This document shows positions 45,619 to 53,024 of a DNA stretch of 53,024 bases, one piece after another. Both the position numbers and the translations under genes were made by a program. The notes beneath the pieces were generated by a model. That model saw nothing but the letters and a program-made list of their open reading frames with translations. It did no database searches and had not been told where the DNA came from. Source of the DNA: Pseudomonadota bacterium (lineage in GTDB: Bacteria > Bdellovibrionota > Bdellovibrionia > Bdellovibrionales > SG-bin7); assembly GCA_034439715.1 (NCBI GenBank), contig JAWXAY010000065.1:1-53024 (forward strand), read 5' to 3'. Numbering within the stretch: position 1 is the stretch's first letter; the number at the start of each line of letters is the position of its first letter.

Positions 45619-47145
45619 ATGTTATTGAGTTTAGTTGTTTTCCTTCCTATGGTTTTTGCGCTGCTATTAGCATTTGCCCGCGGAAAAGCAACCATCCGTA
45701 TGGCAGCATTAGTACTATCGATCGTTGAATTTTTAGTGAGTCTCCTTATTCTAAAACATTTCGATATTCGCTCTGCCGAGCTGCAGTTGGTCGAAAATGT
45801 ACCTTGGGTATCCCGCTTTGGAATTAATTACTTCTTAGGAATAGACGGCATTTCTTTGTGGCTGGTAATTCTTACGACCTTTTTGTTGCCCATCACTGTT
45901 CTTGCCAGCTGGAAGTCCATCGACGAAAAAGTGGGTGGCTTTCATATTTGTCTCTTTGCTCTTCAAACTGCAATGCTTGGTACTTTTTTGTCTATGGATT
46001 CCATTTTATTTTATGTATTTTGGGAGCTTTCTCTTATCCCCATGTACTTCATCATCGGAATTTGGGGCGGCCCTCGCCGCATTTACGCTACCGTAAAATT
46101 TTTCTTATATACAATGCTCGGCTCTGTTTTAATGTTAATAGGAATCATTTATATGATTCATCTCACCGGAAAAGTTAATGGTGTATTTAGTGCGAGTTTT
46201 TTGGATTTTTATAAGCTTGAGATCCCCTTCGTTGGCGGCTCACTTTTAAGCCCACAGGCGTTGCTATTTTTTGCATTTGCCTTGGCCTTTGCCATTAAAG
46301 TTCCGCTATTTCCTTTTCACACTTGGTTGCCCGACGCGCACGTCGAAGCTCCTACTCCAGGCTCAGTTATTTTAGCGGGAGTCATGCTCAAAATGGGTAC
46401 CTATGGTTTCATGCGGCTGGCGATTCCTCTTTTTCCTGAGGCATCTGTATATTGGAGTTGGCTATTTTGTCTCCTGGCAGTTGCGGGGATCATCTACGGT
46501 GCATTGGTGGCCATGGTTCAAACGGACATTAAAAAACTTGTGGCGTATTCATCAGTTTCGCACATGGGCTATGTCATTTTAGGACTTTTTGCTTTGAATT
46601 CCTATGGTGCCACCGGCGCGCTATATCAAATGCTAAGTCACGGCATTAGCACGGGCGCGCTATTCTTGTTGGTCGGAATGATTTATGAAAGAACTCACTC
46701 CCGAGAAATTTCAAAATATGGTGGCTTAGCAATCGCGCTGCCGATTTACTCGATCGTCTTTTTTATCGTTACCTTGTCGAGTATTGCCGTGCCAATCACT
46801 AACGGATTTATTGGAGAGTTTTTTATTCTACTAGGGGCCTTTGCAAAAGACAAAACCTTTGCAATACCAGCGACACTAGGAGTGGTGCTCGGTGCTACTT
46901 ATATGCTTTGGATGTTTAAAAAGGTATTTTTTGGTGTCGAAGGAGAAATCGTTAGGCAAATGGACAAACAACCGCACCGTGATCTTTCAAAAAGAGAGCT
47001 GGGCCTTATGCTCCCACTTTTAATAGTTATATTTTGGATGGGAATATTTCCGGATCACTTTTTAAGATGGTCAAAATCGAGCCTAGATCACTATGTAAAT
47101 AACTTTTCGAACTATGAGTTAACGATTACCCCCGGGGCGAAATAA
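45619..47145 (+). CDS. nuoM: NADH-quinone oxidoreductase subunit M
   Basis: FYVFWE, KVPLFPFHTWLPDAHVEAPT, LKMGTYG, AYSSVSHMG. Confidence 0.97.
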   Translation: MLLSLVVFLPMVFALLLAFARGKATIRMAALVLSIVEFLVSLLILKHFDIRSAELQLVENVPWVSRFGINYFLGIDGISLWLVILTTFLLPITVLASWKSIDEKVGGFHICLFALQTAMLGTFLSMDSILFYVFWELSLIPMYFIIGIWGGPRRIYATVKFFLYTMLGSVLMLIGIIYMIHLTGKVNGVFSASFLDFYKLEIPFVGGSLLSPQALLFFAFALAFAIKVPLFPFHTWLPDAHVEAPTPGSVILAGVMLKMGTYGFMRLAIPLFPEASVYWSWLFCLLAVAGIIYGALVAMVQTDIKKLVAYSSVSHMGYVILGLFALNSYGATGALYQMLSHGISTGALFLLVGMIYERTHSREISKYGGLAIALPIYSIVFFIVTLSSIAVPITNGFIGEFFILLGAFAKDKTFAIPATLGVVLGATYMLWMFKKVFFGVEGEIVRQMDKQPHRDLSKRELGLMLPLLIVIFWMGIFPDHFLRWSKSSLDHYVNNFSNYELTITPGAK

Positions 47146-48647
47146 TGTTCAAAATTTCTGATTTAGATTTAGCGATTTCTTCTCCATTTCTAATCCTTTT
47201 TCTCTTTAGTTTAATTCCAATCACACAGCGAGTTTTTAGAAAATCTGGCGAACAAAGCATGAACCTATCCGTAGGCTACGGAATCCTGGGGTTTTTATCG
47301 GCAATGGGCGCAGTCTTGGCAAATAAGGGAATTTACTCTTACGCCTTTAAGCGGGCGGGCCTACAAGAGGGTTCTCTGATTCATGATGGCATTTATAATG
47401 TGGCAGCGATGCTGGTATTAATTTTGGGAATAGCCACGTTACTTTTTCTACGCGAAAACATAGCAACTGCGACAGAGCGATTTGCAGAAAAAGTTTTTCT
47501 GGTAATGAACGCAGCAGTTGGAATGTTAATAGTTCTTTCTGCCAATGACCTCATAGTTATGTTTATTGGTATAGAGACCATGTCACTCGCAATCTATATT
47601 TTGATCGCCCTTAGCCGGGAGGAGTTTCTGGCCAAAGAGGCAGCCTTTAAATATTTTATCTTGGGTAGCTTTGCGACTGCGATTTTTCTTTTAGGTGTCG
47701 CCTATGTTTTCGGCGCCGCCAAAACGACGATGCTTTCACAAATTATGGAGGTCAGCTCCGAACTTTTTAAGACGAACGGCCTCTTTTTTATCGGCGTTAT
47801 TCTCGTTATTCTTGGTCTTTGTTTTAAGATTTCTGTGTTTCCGTTTCACGCCTGGACACCGGATGTATATCAAGGAGCTCCAACACCGATCACAACTTTT
47901 ATGGCTGCGGGTGTAAAGCTAGTTGGGTTTGTTGCGCTGCTTCGCTTTATACTTTGTCTCACGGGCATTGAGAAAGTGCCGCAGCTGTTAAATCTACTTC
48001 AGTGGCTTGCTGTATTTACTATGTTGGCTGGCAATGTGGCAGCCATTGTCCAAGACAATTTGAAAAGAATGTTGGCTTATTCGAGCGTGGCCCATACCGG
48101 TTACCTACTGATTGGAATAGTCGCGATAGCTATGGGCCGCTTTCCCATAGACAGCACTACAGGATTTTTGTTTTACCTGTACTCTTATTTCTTTATGACA
48201 ATTGGATCTTTTGCGATCATTGGTATATTTGAAAGTCACGAGGGAAAGTCCGTCACAATCGAGGACCTTAAGGGCTTGGCGACACGTCATCCGTACACCT
48301 CACTAATATTTTCGGTGTTTTTACTCAGCCTTGCCGGGATACCGCCCCTTCTAGGGTTTTTCGGTAAATTTTATTTATTAAGTGTCGCGGTTCAAAGCGA
48401 CCTTTATTGGTTGGCTTTTTGGGGAGTGATTAGCTCTGTGATTGGAGCCTACTACTATTTGCGACCAATAGTTTATATGTACATGGTTGACGGAAACTCG
48501 ATTGTTTTGCCGAAACAATATATGACCAAACTGATTCTTTGGCTTAGCGCTTTTTCAATTGCCTTACTGGGACTTACTTCGGCGCCATTGTATAGAGGCG
48601 TCGAACGGTCGATCAAGAAAATATTTTCTGAACAATCTCTCAATTAA
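47145..48647 (+). CDS. nuoN: NADH-quinone oxidoreductase subunit N
   Basis: EAAFKYF, FKISVFPFHAWTPDVYQGAP, KRMLAYSS, SLAGIPP..GF.GK. Confidence 0.96.
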   Translation: MFKISDLDLAISSPFLILFLFSLIPITQRVFRKSGEQSMNLSVGYGILGFLSAMGAVLANKGIYSYAFKRAGLQEGSLIHDGIYNVAAMLVLILGIATLLFLRENIATATERFAEKVFLVMNAAVGMLIVLSANDLIVMFIGIETMSLAIYILIALSREEFLAKEAAFKYFILGSFATAIFLLGVAYVFGAAKTTMLSQIMEVSSELFKTNGLFFIGVILVILGLCFKISVFPFHAWTPDVYQGAPTPITTFMAAGVKLVGFVALLRFILCLTGIEKVPQLLNLLQWLAVFTMLAGNVAAIVQDNLKRMLAYSSVAHTGYLLIGIVAIAMGRFPIDSTTGFLFYLYSYFFMTIGSFAIIGIFESHEGKSVTIEDLKGLATRHPYTSLIFSVFLLSLAGIPPLLGFFGKFYLLSVAVQSDLYWLAFWGVISSVIGAYYYLRPIVYMYMVDGNSIVLPKQYMTKLILWLSAFSIALLGLTSAPLYRGVERSIKKIFSEQSLN

Positions 48648-49843
48648 ATATTGTGTTTTCTCAGAGTGCTGATAGCAGCCTTAAACCCTGAGCGCACAAT
48701 CATAGCAAGCGTCTTCGCGTTAAGACTAAAGTGGTCAGCAAAAAACATCTGATGGTCACTTTCTTTTGGATGAATATATATATAGTCAACGTTCGGTTTA
48801 AAGCTGGTTTTATCTAGAATAATTTGGATCAGTCTTTCTCGATGTTCATCGGCAATTCCCACCTCTTTGCAGTAGCCGTCAATGGTCTTAAGCACCGCGC
48901 TCATGCTCTGCTTGTGGGCGATCGCGGACTGAATTTTTTGCTCTACCACTTGATACAGAGCCTGATTGATAATTATAGGAATTCCATATTGGTGAAGGCT
49001 GCCGATTTCAGGAGTAAAATGGTAGGGCTGAATAGAATAACTGGCGATGACAAGATCTGCATCATGGTCAGAAGCCACGTGGGTTGAGAGTGTATCGCGT
49101 ATCTCCCCATCAAAATAGTAGAGTGTCGTACCCTTTTGATCTTTGATACCGTAAGGAGCAAAAACGGGCGGCAATGCCGCAGAGGCAGCAATGGCTTCGC
49201 TAATAGTTGCATAGTTGGCATATTTAATTGCCCTCACCTTTTTGGTTTCTTTAAAGTTTCCAAAAACCACCTTACGACTGTGATTCAGTTGAGTTGCAAC
49301 AATATAAAGATTTGGACCCAATGACTCGAAGCGGTTTTCGGTCAAAACGTACTTTCGAAAATAGCGCTCGAGACCACCGGTGGTAAATAGACCATTAATC
49401 TTGAAGCCATTTTTTATCAGAGCCTCGAGGCCACCCGTGATAAGCGGCTTCATTTTAAAAATTCCAGGTAGAAATCCGAGTATGTTTCCGCCGTTTAGAG
49501 AAAAAAGATGAAAGTAACTTAACGGCTTTAATGCGCCAGGTTGTGAATGTGTTTTTTTGGCATCCTGAAAGCCCGCGCCCAGCTGGAAAGATTCAAGAAC
49601 GTCATTAATAGAGTAGCCGGCCGCAAGAAAAGTAGATATCACGGCGCCCGCACTTGATCCCACGTAAGTTTTAAAAGTCATTTCATCTTTAGGGTACTTC
49701 TGAGCCATCTCTTGAGGAGAGCCACCAGCAAAATTAAAACCTTTTTCTTTTAAAGCTAAACAAACCCCAACGTGAAAGGCTGCGGCTTTAATGCCGCCAC
49801 CGCTCAACACTAGGGCCAACCTCTTTTTTTCGCTAATTCGCAT
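48644..49843 (-). CDS. Patatin-like phospholipase
   Basis: LSGGG oxyanion loop, GSSAG nucleophile motif, ASAALP, DGE catalytic Asp. Confidence 0.9.
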   Translation of the reverse strand: MRISEKKRLALVLSGGGIKAAAFHVGVCLALKEKGFNFAGGSPQEMAQKYPKDEMTFKTYVGSSAGAVISTFLAAGYSINDVLESFQLGAGFQDAKKTHSQPGALKPLSYFHLFSLNGGNILGFLPGIFKMKPLITGGLEALIKNGFKINGLFTTGGLERYFRKYVLTENRFESLGPNLYIVATQLNHSRKVVFGNFKETKKVRAIKYANYATISEAIAASAALPPVFAPYGIKDQKGTTLYYFDGEIRDTLSTHVASDHDADLVIASYSIQPYHFTPEIGSLHQYGIPIIINQALYQVVEQKIQSAIAHKQSMSAVLKTIDGYCKEVGIADEHRERLIQIILDKTSFKPNVDYIYIHPKESDHQMFFADHFSLNAKTLAMIVRSGFKAAISTLRKHNI

Positions 49844-49870
49844 ATTTATCTATTCTAAAGACACATAATC

Positions 49871-49899
49871 AGTTTAAAAAGCCTAATCGCAGTCTGCAA
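49871..49899 (-). promoter_or_regulatory. Putative sigma70 promoter of the patatin gene
   Basis: Minus strand TTGCAG-N17-TAAACT, 27 bp upstream of the ATG. Confidence 0.4.
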
Positions 49900-49973
49900 A
49901 TGCTGTTGCGCAACGTATAAAACTATATCAATACAGCACAAAGTTTAGTTAAAATGGGATTTGGATTAGGGGG

Positions 49974-50342
49974 ATGAATATGCAAGAAGCGAACTGGATA
50001 TCCTTAATGGATTACTCAAATAAATACCATGTAAGCATGTCAACGCTAAGGCGCAGGATAAAAAATCGCGAGCTTAAATATCATTTAAAAACCGGTAAAT
50101 ATTATTTGTCTGATGAACCCATGACTAATCAGCAAGAAGAAGACCTGGATAACCAAGTTGTTTTTGAAAAAACACCAGACAATTCAGATGTTTACCTTCA
50201 GGAGCTTAAAAAAGCCTACACTATGATTCTTCATGAGAAAGAAGAACAAATTCAAATATTGAAAGAAGAAATTGCCGATCTCAAAACACTAGTTAGTGTT
50301 CTTGAAAGTGAAAATCAACGCGTGAATAGTCAATTGCGGTAA
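49974..50342 (+). CDS. Small protein with N-terminal MerR/excisionase-like HTH and C-terminal coiled coil
   Basis: WISLMDYSNKYHVSMSTLRRRIK HTH pattern; heptads LHEKEEQIQILKEEIADLKTLVSVLE. Confidence 0.75.
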   Translation: MNMQEANWISLMDYSNKYHVSMSTLRRRIKNRELKYHLKTGKYYLSDEPMTNQQEEDLDNQVVFEKTPDNSDVYLQELKKAYTMILHEKEEQIQILKEEIADLKTLVSVLESENQRVNSQLR

Positions 50343-50387
50343 AACTGAGTATTTAGGGCCCTGGGCTGACTCGGGCAAACCGCACTG

Positions 50388-50828
50388 TTAATGCGGTTCT
50401 CTCACTATACATTGAAATTCTATTAGGGTGCCGTTTGGACGAGTGAGCCAGGAGGTGCCGCCATTATCACGAAAACTTATTTCATATCCCTTAATCTCCG
50501 CTAGTGCACGAGTTCCCGACTTCGAACAGCTGTCCCACTCAGTTTTGGTTGTTAAGAAGGCCTTTCCCTTGCGGTAGACCTGAAACCTTCCCGTTCCTCG
50601 CTCGCACCAGCTGTTCGCTGGTTCAGAAGTCAGTTTAGAGAAATTTAATTCATAACCATTGGTTGAGATACTTTTACAATGCGCATAGGTCACGCCTTCC
50701 GCGGCATTTAAAGATAGATTTTCTATCTGTAAACTCAAATCTAATTCACTATTAATGTTTTGATCTGCCTGTGCGTTCAGTGCAAAAAACAAATTAACAC
50801 TCATTAAACTCATAATTATTTGTTTCAT
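50388..50828 (-). CDS. Hypothetical secreted protein (4 Cys)
   Basis: Sec signal ending AQA, GAAGGA RBS, beta-rich mature part. Confidence 0.7.
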   Translation of the reverse strand: MKQIIMSLMSVNLFFALNAQADQNINSELDLSLQIENLSLNAAEGVTYAHCKSISTNGYELNFSKLTSEPANSWCERGTGRFQVYRKGKAFLTTKTEWDSCSKSGTRALAEIKGYEISFRDNGGTSWLTRPNGTLIEFQCIVREPH

Positions 50829-50851
50829 ACTTGGGTCCTTCTAAAATGGTT

Positions 50852-51328
50852 TTAAAAGCAATTGTGTATTGGTGCGCAACACTTGGGGCGCTGATCATCC
50901 TTGGCGCATTGAAAACTAAGAGTACCTAGCTCTTCAAAATAAATTATTTTAAATTTTTCTTTAGTAATAGTGATATTTGGAATCACGACATGTCGAGCCC
51001 CTTGAGTATTCTCATATAAAATATCACCACTAATTGAACTAGCTGTAGCAATCTCATTAATGTCCATAGAATCAAGCAGAAAGATGAAGAGTTCTGCAGG
51101 GTGCCTGGCCTTGAGTTTACGATATTCCGCACGTGTGTCGTCATCTAAGTTAAGCTCCAAAATCACTTGGTAATTATGAGGTTTTTTATAAACAATATGA
51201 GAGGCAAAAACTGGCCCCTCTCCTAAAAGAATCATATTGTGTTTTGGATGTTGATGAGGCTCTCCATGGGCTATTGTTTCCGTGCAACTCAAACATAAAG
51301 TACACATTATTTTTAAAATTAGTTTCAT
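50852..51328 (-). CDS. Hypothetical exported His-containing protein
   Basis: Probable start MKLILK (ATG 51328); HGEPHQHPKHNMIL, ASHI, PHNYQVILE; Cys-rich tail. Confidence 0.65.
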   Translation of the reverse strand: MKLILKIMCTLCLSCTETIAHGEPHQHPKHNMILLGEGPVFASHIVYKKPHNYQVILELNLDDDTRAEYRKLKARHPAELFIFLLDSMDINEIATASSISGDILYENTQGARHVVIPNITITKEKFKIIYFEELGTLSFQCAKDDQRPKCCAPIHNCF

Positions 51329-51399
51329 ACCCTTAATCCTCTCGTCACATTCCAAAAGGGAATGTGCCATAACCACTAAAACTTGTAAAATTCATAATA

Positions 51400-51415
51400 T
51401 TGATGTATCCATCAA
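51400..51415. promoter_or_regulatory. Inverted repeat, probable LysR operator
   Basis: TTGATG-TATC-CATCAA, 5 bp before the LysR ATG, in the divergent intergenic region. Confidence 0.5.
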
Positions 51416-51420
51416 AATAA

Positions 51421-52284
51421 ATGAGTTTACTAAGCGCCAACCTACAAGCCTTTTTAGCTGTTTACGAAAAATCTACCGTTAGTGGTGCGACCGAGAAGCT
51501 TGGCATCGGGCAAACAGCTGTTACACAAAGAATTAGATCTCTAGAAAATGAACTGGGAGTGACGCTTTTTACTCGAAGTCGCAAAGGCATGATATTAACT
51601 TCCGAAGGAAAGTCCCTATTAAAATACTGTTTACGCGCTAGAGAACTCGAGGGAGAGACTATTGGAGACCTAAAAGAAGGCGGACGCAAAAGTGACATTG
51701 AAATAAGATTTGCGGGCCCTACGAGCTTTCTTTCAGGACGAGCCGCCGGTCAATGTAAAGAGATTTTCAAAAAATGGCCGCGACTGAATCTTCACTTTAT
51801 AATCGACGACAGTGAAAATAGACTCGATCTTATAAAGCAAGGCTTAGCAGATATCGTCGTGTTACACCCACATCAAGTACCGCTTGAGCTCGACAGCAAA
51901 ATTATCAAGCCAGATGAGTACTTATTAGTAGGACATCCCGAGTGGAAGGGTAGGGATTTAAAAGACATTCTGGAGAACGAAAGACTTTTCGCATTTCATT
52001 CTGAAGATCAGACGAGTATAAACTATCTTAAGGTATACGATTTTTTGAAATATTTAAAAAGACCACGTTTATTTGTGAACGAAAATTTAGCGCTGTTAAC
52101 ATTTCTTCAGCAGGGAGTTGGCTTTGGCCTCTTGTCTCGGGAAATTGCCAGACCCTTTCTCGAAGATAAGACCTTAATAAAACTTAATCAAGGTCGCACT
52201 ATGAAAGATCCTTTGGCACTGGCCTGGTATCCGAGATCAGAAATGCCAAATTACTTCTCTGAAATAATCCAGTCTATAAAGTAA
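51421..52284 (+). CDS. LysR-family transcriptional regulator (ArgP/LysG-like N-terminus)
   Basis: LQAFLAVYE..TVSGA...LGIGQTAVTQRIRSLENELGVTLFTR; 287 aa. Confidence 0.93.
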   Translation: MSLLSANLQAFLAVYEKSTVSGATEKLGIGQTAVTQRIRSLENELGVTLFTRSRKGMILTSEGKSLLKYCLRARELEGETIGDLKEGGRKSDIEIRFAGPTSFLSGRAAGQCKEIFKKWPRLNLHFIIDDSENRLDLIKQGLADIVVLHPHQVPLELDSKIIKPDEYLLVGHPEWKGRDLKDILENERLFAFHSEDQTSINYLKVYDFLKYLKRPRLFVNENLALLTFLQQGVGFGLLSREIARPFLEDKTLIKLNQGRTMKDPLALAWYPRSEMPNYFSEIIQSIK

Positions 52285-52300
52285 GGTCAATTTAATCCGA

Positions 52301-53024
52301 TTATTCGCCGCGCAGAAATTTTATTACGCGTTGTTTTTGACCCTTAGCATTGCTTTCATTCTCGCGATGCTCACCCATAATATGCCGAACGCAGCTTACA
52401 TCGCCAGCGCATGCCAATGGGTTCATTGTCAAAAGTATTTGTTTTCCGATATTACTGTTATCTTTCATCTTGTAGTCGTCACTAAAAGTGTTGTTTGACC
52501 GATCGTATTTTACTTCTCCAAGCCAAAACGTCTTTTCGCATTCGACCGTTGCCAATTTTCCATATTGTTCGCCAAACAAACCCTTCATAGCGGCAACATC
52601 AAGCGCGCTAAGATGCTCATCATCTTTAGAAGTCAAATAAATTGCGGTTAGAAAATAGGTTATAGGGGATTTGTCACAGCCAAAGTTGTGTTCTACGCCA
52701 AATGATCTTCCTTTAAGATTAAGGCCAATAACCTTGTTCTCAGAAAACAAGAAATCATTTAGAAAAACAGGCAAGGTGGAATTATAAATAGCGGCTAATT
52801 CTTTCATACCATCCCTTTGAATCCAGGCATAGCTAGCAAGCGCACGGAAGTACTCCTTACAAGTTGTCATTTCTGCCGTGTTTTTGGTAGCATCAACATA
52901 CGTTGTATACATTCCTTCTACATGGGCTGTGCATTCAGGAGCAAAGGCTCCCTCGGCCACTTGCGCAGCAATATCGGATCGCAGAAATTTATCGAGAAGA
53001 CCCATTAGACTCGAGGTTTCGGAA
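52301..53024 (-). CDS. Hypothetical protein, possibly 5'-truncated by window
   Basis: At least 234 aa; the frame stays open upstream of ATG 53005 to the window edge; no recognised motif. Confidence 0.6.
   Translation of the reverse strand, partial: SETSSLMGLLDKFLRSDIAAQVAEGAFAPECTAHVEGMYTTYVDATKNTAEMTTCKEYFRALASYAWIQRDGMKELAAIYNSTLPVFLNDFLFSENKVIGLNLKGRSFGVEHNFGCDKSPITYFLTAIYLTSKDDEHLSALDVAAMKGLFGEQYGKLATVECEKTFWLGEVKYDRSNNTFSDDYKMKDNSNIGKQILLTMNPLACAGDVSCVRHIMGEHRENESNAKGQKQRVIKFLRGE

Noticed and set aside
50358..50376. GCCC...GGGC hairpin between convergent genes
   Set aside because: Short imperfect stem with no U-tract; cannot be supported as a terminator

Overview
Origin-of-replication region of a bacterial chromosome, most likely Bdellovibrionota/Oligoflexia. 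This assignment is inferred from gene order: an F-ATPase split across oriC, parA-parB-bactofilin-atpF'F, and a membrane-arm-only nuoAHJKLMN cluster. Left to right: pdxA (5'-truncated), pmm/pgm and uvrA on +. Then a leftward operon dnaA-[oriC]-dnaN-recF-gyrB-gyrA-TPR lipoprotein-atpZ-atpB-atpE. Then a rightward operon rpmH-rnpA-yidD-yidC-jag-mnmE-mnmG-rsmG-[parS-lipoprotein-parS]-parA-parB-bactofilin-atpF'FHAGDC-hflX-SDR. After that come a DTW gene, an unannotated 53-aa membrane protein, a secreted GH3/NagZ, an outer-membrane beta-barrel, mfd, nuoAHJKLMN, a patatin, an HTH/coiled-coil protein and a small accessory LysR block. No rRNA, tRNA, CRISPR array or IS element was seen. The best leads are: (1) an antisense lipoprotein gene bracketed by two perfect parS sites, whose sigma28-type promoter abuts parS and contains a DnaA-box-like 9-mer; (2) rnpA, whose N-terminus is only reached through a slip in an A9 run (or a sequencing error); (3) a sigma54-type promoter with an upstream palindrome driving a microprotein missed by the ORF track; (4) an hflX paralog plus an atypical Zn-ribbon SDR coupled to atpC; (5) a Jag/KhpB protein with a MinD-like amphipathic helix in place of its Jag domain. 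All calls come from reading the sequence; no searches were run.
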